Below, piece by piece: positions 24,954 through 34,331 of a stretch of DNA of 64,000 nt. Made by a program: the position numbers and the translations under genes. Position 1 is the first letter of the stretch. Each line of letters opens with the position of its first letter. The notes under the pieces were generated by a model, which searched no databases, was not told the DNA's origin, and was given only the letters and a program-made list of their open reading frames with translations. Source of the DNA: an uncultured virus (IMG/VR IMGVR_UViG_3300034082_000137) (taxonomy: Duplodnaviria > Heunggongvirae > Uroviricota > Caudoviricetes); IMG/VR virus record IMGVR_UViG_3300034082_000137; one strand, 5' to 3'.

Positions 24954-25031
24954 CACTGACGCAGTTGTCGGTGTTTCTCCTCCTCGGTGGCGACCCCACC
25001 TTTACCCCCGGCTAATCCCCGGGGGTTTTTT
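24954..25031 (+). ncRNA. Candidate small RNA with exposed anti-Shine-Dalgarno tract
   Basis: Hairpin CACTGAC/GTCGGTG, linker TTTCTCCTCCTC, hairpin GGTGG/CCACC, then terminator. Confidence 0.55.
25004..25031 (+). terminator. Rho-independent terminator at the convergence of the two arms
   Basis: ACCCCCGG-CTAATCC-CCGGGGGT followed by a T run. Confidence 0.88.
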
Positions 25032-28000
25032 ATTCCCCGCGCCCTTTGCGCTCGGCTTCGTCAGCAGCTAGTCGTGACGGCAGTAAAGCATCAGCCACTA
25101 ATGCGGCATTCTTTTCGTTAAGCGTGAACCCGCGCCAAGATTCTCCCCGCTGCTTCGCCCGTTTTTCCATAGAATCCACAAGGTTGTCTACAGTAATCTC
25201 AGCAAAGGGATACTTCTTGTTGAACTCATTACGCTTGTCTAAAATCTTTACGTAGGCATCAGCATTGTCATTCCTGTACTCCCTGTCGAGGTTGTTCAGG
25301 ATTTGGTTTCTTTCATTCTTTATTTTTTGCTCTAGGCCGAGTACCTTAAAGGTAGCGTACTGTGTGTTAGCCAACAAGTCGGGCCGGAAGCCTATTGATT
25401 GGGCAATTAACTGCCCAGTGCTAAACGCATCCTCAGATAAGATTTGCGCACCCTTATTATCCTGTGCGCCCTTACTAGCGAGCTCGTGGGCAGTGACGAA
25501 GTTACGGAACCCAGCAGGAGCCCACTTCTTAACCGCCTTAGCGTAGTCACCCTGCATTGCTGCGTCTGCACCATCCGCATAAGACAAGATCATGTTCGCC
25601 GAGGGGCCCATCTTCTCTAGCGCCATAGCGGTTGCGCTTTCCCGTAGGGTCGCGCTTTCCTTGGAGTCTCGGAACCACATGTTGTTTGCGCCAGTACGAC
25701 CAGCTACATCCAACCCAGTCGCAGCATTTACGAACCCACGGTCAACTATGTCAGATAGTTTTTTACCAAAGATAGTTATTCCACCTAGCTGCTCATCCAA
25801 AAACTTAGTGCGGAAGAAAAGTTCAAAGTCCATAGACTTGAGGTCTTCGGGCAGGTCATCCCGTATTTCATCCCATGCAGCGCCGAGTAGCCCCATAACG
25901 GTGCTAAACATAGGTAGGCCAGAAGCGCCAGCAAGTACGAACGTAGTGCCTAGAGTACCAAAGAACCTTTGCGCAGCCTCACCACGAGTGCGCTTGTCCA
26001 TCGGCTTAATCATCTCCCGGAAGTTCTTAATCAAAAATGTTGTTATGTGCAGGGGGTACATCATGAACTGCGTAAGCAACTTGCCGCTTAGTCCGTTCAT
26101 AAAAGCAGGGCGGGCATACTCGTCGTAGTTACCTAGTGCCGCATTGGTATCTAGTACCGCTTGCTCAACCGCACGGCTAAAATTCTTGTGCTCTTTCATG
26201 TTCAGGTTAAACGAAGCCATGAACATCATCTCTCGGGATATACGCTCCGAGGCATTCATAAGCCCGCCGAATACAAGCGCGTCCAAAGCGCTGTTAGCCA
26301 GCTTTACTTTTGGAGACTTTAACTCGTCGGTAGGGGTAGCCTTGTACTCGAATACTGATCCTGCTTGCGTAGCTGTAAACAAGTTCATAGCCGCCGCTGC
26401 GTTATATGCTCGGCGTTCTTCGGGAGATAGTTTTGAATGTTCCATAGACGGCGCAACCCAAGACTTAGTTCCGTCGTTGTTAGTTTTGTGCATACCAAGT
26501 TGGTTCCACACCTTGAGCATTTTGCCCATTTCCTTAGTAGCGTTGAACGCGCCATAGCGAGCTAGCACAGGCAGTCCAGTCTGGAAAACACTTAGCGGCT
26601 GCAGCAAGGCGGAGGACGCGCCGCTCAAATAGTAAATGAACGATGCTTTATTCAACCCACCAACTATCCTAGATGCAGTAGATTGCGCTTTAGGTGCTAT
26701 TGCAGCATCCACACGCTCCTTCATGTCATTTACGAAAGGCTCAAACTCAACCCGACCCTTAATGGAGTCTTCTGCTGCCGACAGTGAAGTGCGGAGCAGT
26801 GGGGAATATTTGATACGTGCAAGTTGAGTAGCCATACGCGCAGACGCATGGGCTGTATTACGGAGTACATCAGGACGGAAACCAGCAACACCCTTACGGT
26901 GGATGAACTGTTTACGGAAACTTTGGTCGGGCATTGTTTCTAGGAAAGCCTGATAGATAGCATCCTTCAAAGAGTCGTTAGCCTCGGGGCTACCCAAGTC
27001 GGTTTTATCAATTGCGTCAAATACTTCGGAAAGCATGTTGCCTTCGCCCTGAGAGTACGCTTTCTTGCGCAGTGCTCGGATGTCATTGCCGCGCTCAAAA
27101 GCTCCATCGGAATATAGCTCAGCCAACTTATCGTCTATACGTTTTTCCCACACAGAATCTTTTTCACCATCTTTGCGCTTTAGTTGCTCTGCAGCAAATT
27201 CCCGCGCTACGTTATCGCGCTCGGTCTCAGTTTCCGCCATAAAGAACTGACGAGTTTTACCCTCACCCATTGACAACCAGAAATCACCATCACGCACCAA
27301 AGCAAAGTACGGGTTAATCTTACCGCCACGTTCAAAGGTAGACCTAATCTTCTTCATCAAGTTTGCTTTATCCAGCGCACTCAGCTTCGAGTTGTTGACT
27401 TGGTCATCCAGCAGCTTAGACAGATACTTAGACAAGTCACCAAAATGATTCCGAATTTGCTTATACACACGTTGACCTTCAGGGCCAAGGTCTTTCCACA
27501 GCTTGTCCAACGCAGGGCTACGGTCAGAAGTGTCTATAGTTGCTGGGTCTATCTCAGCTAGAGTAGCTATAGAAGTAATTTTGTTGAGCTTCGCTGGCAA
27601 CTCAGGGTCTGCTCTGTAAGCACGTTCTACATCGTTGGAGAGCTCACTAGCACCACGCAATAGCTGGTTAGTCATGCCTGCCATTTTCTGCATGAGCGTG
27701 TACGTATTTTGTAGCTCAGGTACGTCGTTACCAACCCAGTCAACTAAAACTTGAGTCGGAAGTACTTTTACCAACGCATTGCGCTTAGCAGAATTAGTTC
27801 TTTTCCATAGGGCTTTCAGGGCGGGTATAACCTTTTTGGGGTCCTGCATCATTTGAATAGCCGATACACCCTTAGCAGCCTCAGCCGCTTTCTTTGAAGT
27901 TTCAAACTTGAAGCTTGCTTTAGCAACCGCTTTATCAAGGTCTTTTTGGCTACGTGCGCCAGCCTCAATTTTTGCGGGTTCTTCGTCTTCTTCTATTTTG

Positions 28001-31000
28001 GTTGACTGCAAGACTTTGCCTTCGTTCTCCAGCTTAGCCTGCAACTGCATGTTGCGGGAACCTTTTGCCGATAGCAATCTGTCTGAGGCCACGATTAAGT
28101 CCATCAACGCGTTTTCTTGCTGCACAGCCATGCCGAAGAACTTAGCAATAGTGTGTACAAACTTGCTGAACGCACTTGAGTCCTCTCCAAACCCCTTAGT
28201 ATTCATAAGGAACTTTTGGAATGTCTCATCGCTCATACCATAAGCAAGGAACTCGTCTACGTCAGTAAACACACCTGACTTTTCTAGACTTGCAATGTAC
28301 GCAGGTAACTTACCCGAAGCCTTGAGTTCGTTAAAACGCTGTTGAGCGTTCCCCATAATCATTATGAGGTCCATAGTGGAGGCTACTACGTCGTTAGTTT
28401 TACTAACTCCTTGGCGTATAGCAATTTTACCGAGCCGTATCTTCTGACTAGTGGCTGCGTGCAGTAGCTCATGGAGCACAACGATATTGTTGACACCTTG
28501 CATGTCGCCGAAACTTGCGCCACGAACATAGACTGTACGGTCGCCCGGTACATACGCACCGAAAGCAGTACTCCATTTAGCGGCCTCTTCCTTTTGGAGG
28601 GCAGTAGGGGTAGGGTCACCCTTCTCTAAGACTACGAACTTGATACCACCTAAAGCTCCGCGCAAACGCTTGGCAAGGAATTTCTGAAACACATTGCCTG
28701 TCTTCATGATGTGCGAAGCAGCCTGCACACCGTTGGTAAACCCAGTGAACTTAGTATCAACCTTGCTTTGACCAACTTTAGAAGCAGTTAATACCCGTGC
28801 CCCTACTCGGTAATCCTTGGGGTCAACTTCGCTATCCAGCAATTGCTGAGCATAGGCTCTAGCAGCTTTAGGCTTTTCTGCATCGTTAGCAGTTTTGTAT
28901 ATTTGCTGCGCCGAGTTCTTTGCACTGTTTTCGTCTGAGTTATTGTTGTAGTTGCTGAGCAGGTCGTCTAGGAGCTCAACTTCTTCCCGTGATTCTGGGT
29001 CAAGCGCTTCCCGATCAATAACAGGTGCTTCAGTAGATGTCTCGGTAGTTGTTTTAGCAGGTGCTGATTTGGCTTTTAAGGCTCTGTACAGCGCACTCAG
29101 AGCTTCAGCCCGTACTCCTTTAGGGCTACGTTCTTTAGGCATCCGCCCATCCTTAGACCGCAAAGAGTTGAATTCAGCATCAACCTTTAGCATTAGCTGT
29201 TTAATTTCAGCCGGGTCGGTTACCTCAGACGCAGCATCAATATCTATCCCCGTTACATTTGTGGTTGCGGGTGCTTTTTGTCTTTTCGTTTTTGTTTTGA
29301 CGGTTTCAGGGGCTTTAGTGCCATCGGTTGTGGTTCCTTGTTTTGCTTTGTGTTCTGCAACTAAACGGGTAAATTCGCGGTCAGCGGTATCGAGAAGGTA
29401 GCCAAACTCTGGGTCTTCCTTAAACCCTTCCTCGCTCAACGTGTCGTATGTATTTTGCTTATACGAGTCAAACGCGGCATCAATATCCCCACCATACTCA
29501 GGATCATTTGCTTGGTCTAGAGCGGCGTTAAAGTTAGTCTTTGCTATGTTGCGGACTTCTTCACGCTTAGCGTCTTTCTCCGCTTGCTGACGGTCTATCT
29601 CATCTGCTTCTGCAAGTAGTTCTTCGTCTGTTTTTAATGCACCGGATTGTTGTCCCTGCTGTGCTTGTTCATCATTAGCTAGTTTTAATCTAAACCATGC
29701 GTCTGTTTTATTTGGAATTTCTTTGTTTAGCGCTTCCCACCTAGCGCGTTTTGGTGACTTAACATTTGGTACGCGTCCGTTTACTGACACCAACGATCTT
29801 TGTTCTTCCTCAAGTTTTTTAATTTCTTGGAGGAGCTCTTTTTCTTTTAGGCGGGTATCCGTTGGTGTTAATGCACCGGATTGTTGTCCCGCTCCCACTG
29901 CAGCCCCATCAGTAGCTGGTCCAGTAGAAACCACTGTGTCGGGCTGAGACTCTTCAATTCCTTCGGCTGGCGGTGCTGTTTCGGGTTGCTCAGCCACACT
30001 AACGCCTGCTCGATCTGCTCCACCGATAGGCTCTCCAAGTGCATCGCTTCCTTCTGTAACGGGTTCAACTCCGGGGGCTGCTGCTGGTTTTGCTGCTCGC
30101 TTCCCAGTTTTTTTGCCTGTGGGTCCGGTAACATCTAAGGCTCCTTGTTCCGCATTGAGTGCGTCGTTCTCGAGCTCAGCCTGTACTTGCTGCATAGCAG
30201 TGGCGTAAGCAGTAGCTGGGTCTACACCAGCATCAATTAGTTCTACAGCGCGTGTCTTTACTTGCGTAGGGGTAGGTACAGCTTTGCCTGCCACTGCGTC
30301 CCGCACATTAGTTGTGTTGAGCGCCGACAAGTCTTTTATTCTCTGCTCTTCCGCAGCCACGTCGTCCTCAGCTAGGCGGATTGCGTCGTCTGGAGCTATG
30401 CCAGTTCTCTCGAGTTCCTGTGTACGCTGCGCAACTTTTTGCTCCCGGTCTTGCGAACCTGCTGGAGCCGCAGGGGGAGCTTCAGTTGCGGGTGGGGGAG
30501 CTTTGCCTTCCATCTGCGCTTTTTGCTCAGGTGTAAGCTGGGTGTCAGTCGAAATAGTGGTTGTATTGTCACCAGTCTTCTTCGTGATGTCTGTTCTCTC
30601 TGGTCCTTTGCCCAGTGCGACGTCTGTAACACCCGTAATAACACCGCCGCCAACACCGCCTTTAAGCGTAGCGTCTAGGATTCGGCTAAAGTTTTTCTTG
30701 TTAAAGAAGTCTGCATTCTTGGCTACAAAGTTTTCAGCCGCGATGGTGGTCGTTTCTTGGGCTCCCTCTGTAAGACCCTCGATAGCAGCACCCTGAGCTG
30801 CGCCTTTACCCAAGCGTTTGTACCAAGCTGCCGCGAGTTCTTCGGGGCCAATACCTGCTTTAGATGCCTTACTCAGCAAGTTGATAGGCATGATTGCATC
30901 TAACGCACCCATGAATAGGCCCGCTGGAATGGCGACACCTAAGTCTTGTTGGCCTGTTTTCTCGTAAATACTCTGGTACACGCTAGGTACGTTTTGCGCA

Positions 31001-31680
31001 GAAGAGCCAGCGACTGCACCGACCGCCTGTTGTTTTAAGGCTATTCTTTGCGCTGCTTTTGTACCCGCTTCCATAGCAGCGGTTTTAATCTGAGCTTCGG
31101 TTGCGCCTTTAGCCACCTGTGCCAGCACTGCTTTTTCTGCTGCTACTTTACCCGCAGCTACCGCACCACGACCTAATACCGTGGCAGCGCCACCAGTAAA
31201 CAAACTTGGGAGTAAGGATGGGATAGCCTCTCCGACAGCTTCAACTACGTAGGTACCAAAATCGCCTAAGCCTTTGATGTTCTCGTATGAACCAACTGCA
31301 GCGGGGTAGAGCTTTTCAGTCTCTTTGTTGTAGGCCACGGCATCTTTCATCCGTTTTTCAGCAGCAGCTTCGTTGCCGAGAGCATTCTGTGCCATAGCCA
31401 TACCGATATTCGGTAGTGATGCAAGCCCACGACCACCACGCATAAGGGACGGCAAAGCTGCGGAAAAACCTGTAGCCCCTTGTGTTTCTGCTGGAGCTGG
31501 TGCTGCTGTAGGCGTGGCTGTAGGTGCGGCGGTTTTTCTACCGCCATCAAGTGCAGTTACGCTCTTGCCAAATTCTTTCTCAGCCCGTGCTTGAATATCA
31601 CTGGGGGTAATATCATCAGGAGCATTTTGATAGATGTGCGACGACCCATCGCCGAATGTAACGGTTACATCGCGTGCCAT
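25030..31680 (-). CDS. Large internal virion / ejection protein (polyvalent type) with zincin motif
   Basis: 2216 aa, last gene of the virion arm, LHELLHAAT HExxH motif. Confidence 0.8.
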   Translation of the reverse strand: MARDVTVTFGDGSSHIYQNAPDDITPSDIQARAEKEFGKSVTALDGGRKTAAPTATPTAAPAPAETQGATGFSAALPSLMRGGRGLASLPNIGMAMAQNALGNEAAAEKRMKDAVAYNKETEKLYPAAVGSYENIKGLGDFGTYVVEAVGEAIPSLLPSLFTGGAATVLGRGAVAAGKVAAEKAVLAQVAKGATEAQIKTAAMEAGTKAAQRIALKQQAVGAVAGSSAQNVPSVYQSIYEKTGQQDLGVAIPAGLFMGALDAIMPINLLSKASKAGIGPEELAAAWYKRLGKGAAQGAAIEGLTEGAQETTTIAAENFVAKNADFFNKKNFSRILDATLKGGVGGGVITGVTDVALGKGPERTDITKKTGDNTTTISTDTQLTPEQKAQMEGKAPPPATEAPPAAPAGSQDREQKVAQRTQELERTGIAPDDAIRLAEDDVAAEEQRIKDLSALNTTNVRDAVAGKAVPTPTQVKTRAVELIDAGVDPATAYATAMQQVQAELENDALNAEQGALDVTGPTGKKTGKRAAKPAAAPGVEPVTEGSDALGEPIGGADRAGVSVAEQPETAPPAEGIEESQPDTVVSTGPATDGAAVGAGQQSGALTPTDTRLKEKELLQEIKKLEEEQRSLVSVNGRVPNVKSPKRARWEALNKEIPNKTDAWFRLKLANDEQAQQGQQSGALKTDEELLAEADEIDRQQAEKDAKREEVRNIAKTNFNAALDQANDPEYGGDIDAAFDSYKQNTYDTLSEEGFKEDPEFGYLLDTADREFTRLVAEHKAKQGTTTDGTKAPETVKTKTKRQKAPATTNVTGIDIDAASEVTDPAEIKQLMLKVDAEFNSLRSKDGRMPKERSPKGVRAEALSALYRALKAKSAPAKTTTETSTEAPVIDREALDPESREEVELLDDLLSNYNNNSDENSAKNSAQQIYKTANDAEKPKAARAYAQQLLDSEVDPKDYRVGARVLTASKVGQSKVDTKFTGFTNGVQAASHIMKTGNVFQKFLAKRLRGALGGIKFVVLEKGDPTPTALQKEEAAKWSTAFGAYVPGDRTVYVRGASFGDMQGVNNIVVLHELLHAATSQKIRLGKIAIRQGVSKTNDVVASTMDLIMIMGNAQQRFNELKASGKLPAYIASLEKSGVFTDVDEFLAYGMSDETFQKFLMNTKGFGEDSSAFSKFVHTIAKFFGMAVQQENALMDLIVASDRLLSAKGSRNMQLQAKLENEGKVLQSTKIEEDEEPAKIEAGARSQKDLDKAVAKASFKFETSKKAAEAAKGVSAIQMMQDPKKVIPALKALWKRTNSAKRNALVKVLPTQVLVDWVGNDVPELQNTYTLMQKMAGMTNQLLRGASELSNDVERAYRADPELPAKLNKITSIATLAEIDPATIDTSDRSPALDKLWKDLGPEGQRVYKQIRNHFGDLSKYLSKLLDDQVNNSKLSALDKANLMKKIRSTFERGGKINPYFALVRDGDFWLSMGEGKTRQFFMAETETERDNVAREFAAEQLKRKDGEKDSVWEKRIDDKLAELYSDGAFERGNDIRALRKKAYSQGEGNMLSEVFDAIDKTDLGSPEANDSLKDAIYQAFLETMPDQSFRKQFIHRKGVAGFRPDVLRNTAHASARMATQLARIKYSPLLRTSLSAAEDSIKGRVEFEPFVNDMKERVDAAIAPKAQSTASRIVGGLNKASFIYYLSGASSALLQPLSVFQTGLPVLARYGAFNATKEMGKMLKVWNQLGMHKTNNDGTKSWVAPSMEHSKLSPEERRAYNAAAAMNLFTATQAGSVFEYKATPTDELKSPKVKLANSALDALVFGGLMNASERISREMMFMASFNLNMKEHKNFSRAVEQAVLDTNAALGNYDEYARPAFMNGLSGKLLTQFMMYPLHITTFLIKNFREMIKPMDKRTRGEAAQRFFGTLGTTFVLAGASGLPMFSTVMGLLGAAWDEIRDDLPEDLKSMDFELFFRTKFLDEQLGGITIFGKKLSDIVDRGFVNAATGLDVAGRTGANNMWFRDSKESATLRESATAMALEKMGPSANMILSYADGADAAMQGDYAKAVKKWAPAGFRNFVTAHELASKGAQDNKGAQILSEDAFSTGQLIAQSIGFRPDLLANTQYATFKVLGLEQKIKNERNQILNNLDREYRNDNADAYVKILDKRNEFNKKYPFAEITVDNLVDSMEKRAKQRGESWRGFTLNEKNAALVADALLPSRLAADEAERKGRGE

Positions 31681-31689
31681 TCTTACCCC

Positions 31690-33927
31690 TTAGTTCCAGT
31701 TGCTTACTGTCGGACCACCTGTAGCTTGGGCTGGCTCACTCCCACTGCGTTGATTTCGTGCAAAGTTTCTTCGTACCTCTGCTTCTTTATCTTCCATAGC
31801 TTTGTCCTGCGCACCGGGAATTTTCGCTAGCTTTAAAAAGTTCTTGTCGTACTTTAGCTTATCTTTTGCGTTTGCAACCGCTTCGTTAACTTTTGTGCTT
31901 CTAGCGAGTTCAGCCGTGTCTTCCCTTACAGCAAGTGCGCCGGGGCCCATTTCTTTTAGAGCGGCTGCAGAACGTCTTGCTGCCTCTACTACTATTCTGT
32001 TTGCCGTTGTTGGGTTTTGCGCATACGCAAGTTCCGCTTTGTTGATTACGTCGAAAGGCTTAGGTGCGCCACCACCAGACTTGGTTACCTTGTTAGCTTT
32101 AGCTATGCCCGTTTCAAGTTGTATAAGTTTAAACAACCTGTCAGCTTCTGCCGTGTTACCTTCTTTAATCGCTCTGTCGAGTGCATCTGAGTTCGCCTGC
32201 GCGTCTTTAAGGTAAGCAAGTTTCTCTCTGCGTTTTGAGTCCGCAATGTCAAAAAGCCCTTTAGTGTTAGCGCGTTTGTTAGCTCTAGCAGCTTTAGTCC
32301 CTTCGCCGTATGACTTAGAGAAAGCCCCAAACGCATTACCCGCTGCCGTAGTAAAGTCGTTACCCTTTAATATTTCTGGAATTGCAGCAAACGCAGCCAT
32401 TGCTCTGTTCTGTTTAAGGTCATCTTCGTAGGACGCCTTATCCGCTTTCAGTTCGTTTTCGTAGTCGGCATAGATGTCTGGCCCGCTCATCTCTTTCATT
32501 TTTTCGTAGTAGCGGGTTACGTCATCGTCACGTTGTTTTGTGGTTCTTGATGGCGTTGGCTTGAGGCCGTACAACTGCGCCAGTAACTGATTCGCTTTGC
32601 TCATAGAATTCTTGAACGCCACTGGGTCACCGGGAGAATAAACCCCAGCACCAACCAAACTTCCGTCTTCTTCATCCCCGTTAAAAGCAACAATACCACC
32701 GCGAGCCATGCTTTCCTCAGTCGGCATCATCTTGCTCATATCCACAGGCATAGAACCCAGACCACGAACCATAGAAGCACGTTCAGCCCGCTCGTTGTTC
32801 ACTACTTTTAACTGCTCTACGTCACCGCGAGCCTGAGCTGCTTTCGCTGCTTGGTCTAACTGCTCATTGCTTAGAGTCTTCACAATAGACGCAATGTTGT
32901 CTTCACTATCAACGCTACCGCCGTCGGCGAAAAATTTGCTCAACCCGAACGAAGGCATTTGGCTCAGACCATACGCACCCATGCCGAGAGCGCCCAATGT
33001 TTGTAGCCCAGATGGACTACCGGGAGTGCCTGTAGTTGTGCCTGTGCTGGTAGAGCCAAGTGGCAATCCGTTAATCATGTTCGCCATGTAACCCAACTGC
33101 TGTTGTGGGTAGTTTCTTTGATTTTGGAAATCTTGGTAGGCTAGGTCAAGACCCTGCTGTTTCATGCCTTGTTCCTGCGCACCGTAAGCACCTTGCAACT
33201 TGTTGATGTCCATACCCTGCTGGAACTGTTGACCACCGAGCTGACCGAGAGTGTTGGCTGCTTGACCCGCTACTTGTAGCCCTTGGAGGCCACGGTTTTG
33301 ATCGGCATTAAACTGCTGTTGGGCGTTTGTGTACGCCATTTGATTACCCTGCGCCTGAATGTCACCCATCTGGGTTCCTAAATTGCGCTCACGCTCAGCA
33401 CGCATGATTGCGTCACGGCTACCACCGAAGGCTCCGGCTTGGGCGGCTTGTGATTGTTGCTGGGCTCCTTGGATACCAGACTGGCGTTGGGCTTCACGTT
33501 TACCAATATCGACTACATTTTGAATGTAGGGGCTCATGTATTGCTGAGCTTGCTGGCTACCAAAGTTTTGAGTATTCAAGCCGCCAAGACCCGCCATACC
33601 AGCCAGACCAATACCCGCGCCTGTAGCTCCGCTTGTCTCCATACCTGCAGCGGTGTTCTTAGCCTGCTCTTGCAACGGGCTAAACCCAGCAATACGTTCG
33701 GCACCGTATGCCTCGTATGGGCGATCTGACAGCGCTTGTTGCTTAGCCAGTGTGTCTTTCGCATAGGGGAGTGCCCAAGAAGGCAAGCCTGTAGTTTTGG
33801 TTTCTGTTTGGGTTGGGGATGAACCACCGCCTTGAGGGATAATCCCACCGCCAGCTTTGCGGATAAAGGCACGGGGAGGCAAGTCTGGGATGCCCAGCAA
33901 AGCCATTGAACGGTCATTAAATTTCAT
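31690..33927 (-). CDS. Internal virion / DNA ejection (pilot) protein
   Basis: Q/G/A-rich helical protein; position typical of podovirus ejection genes. Confidence 0.7.
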   Translation of the reverse strand: MKFNDRSMALLGIPDLPPRAFIRKAGGGIIPQGGGSSPTQTETKTTGLPSWALPYAKDTLAKQQALSDRPYEAYGAERIAGFSPLQEQAKNTAAGMETSGATGAGIGLAGMAGLGGLNTQNFGSQQAQQYMSPYIQNVVDIGKREAQRQSGIQGAQQQSQAAQAGAFGGSRDAIMRAERERNLGTQMGDIQAQGNQMAYTNAQQQFNADQNRGLQGLQVAGQAANTLGQLGGQQFQQGMDINKLQGAYGAQEQGMKQQGLDLAYQDFQNQRNYPQQQLGYMANMINGLPLGSTSTGTTTGTPGSPSGLQTLGALGMGAYGLSQMPSFGLSKFFADGGSVDSEDNIASIVKTLSNEQLDQAAKAAQARGDVEQLKVVNNERAERASMVRGLGSMPVDMSKMMPTEESMARGGIVAFNGDEEDGSLVGAGVYSPGDPVAFKNSMSKANQLLAQLYGLKPTPSRTTKQRDDDVTRYYEKMKEMSGPDIYADYENELKADKASYEDDLKQNRAMAAFAAIPEILKGNDFTTAAGNAFGAFSKSYGEGTKAARANKRANTKGLFDIADSKRREKLAYLKDAQANSDALDRAIKEGNTAEADRLFKLIQLETGIAKANKVTKSGGGAPKPFDVINKAELAYAQNPTTANRIVVEAARRSAAALKEMGPGALAVREDTAELARSTKVNEAVANAKDKLKYDKNFLKLAKIPGAQDKAMEDKEAEVRRNFARNQRSGSEPAQATGGPTVSNWN

Positions 33928-34331
33928 AGTTTTACCCCAACAATACGGTATTTTTCTTCAAAGCCATAACGCTTCCAAAGCCTAGCAATTGACTCTCTAG
34001 CAGCCCCTTCGATAGCTGTAGCACCCATAGACCTTGCGTAGGTTTTTAGTTGCTCGAACGTATCGACATTACTGACTAGTTTGCCGCCAATAGCGGTAAT
34101 AAATGCAACCCGATCATCAGGGCGATTAAAAAACTCAACTGTCGCTGCGCCGTGTAACTCATTGTCGTCGCCTACACCAACTAGTAGCAGCCATTTTCCT
34201 TGGGTAACAAATACCTTAGCCTGCTCTACTGTGTAGTCTCCGTTAGAGTGCGCAAGTGCGTCGGCAATATACCCTTCAACCTTACCCCAAGTATAGTTCA
34301 CCCACTCAGGGGAGACATACTGAATTTTCAT
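33924..34331 (-). CDS. GNAT-fold-like virion assembly protein
   Basis: 135 aa; position resembles T7 gp13; AFITAIGG and RLWKRYGF motifs. Confidence 0.55.
   Translation of the reverse strand: MKIQYVSPEWVNYTWGKVEGYIADALAHSNGDYTVEQAKVFVTQGKWLLLVGVGDDNELHGAATVEFFNRPDDRVAFITAIGGKLVSNVDTFEQLKTYARSMGATAIEGAARESIARLWKRYGFEEKYRIVGVKL

Noticed and set aside
24870..24985. Minus-strand gene behind the GAGGAGGAG sequence
   Set aside because: No ATG, GTG or TTG at usable spacing; the tract is better explained as an anti-SD on the + strand
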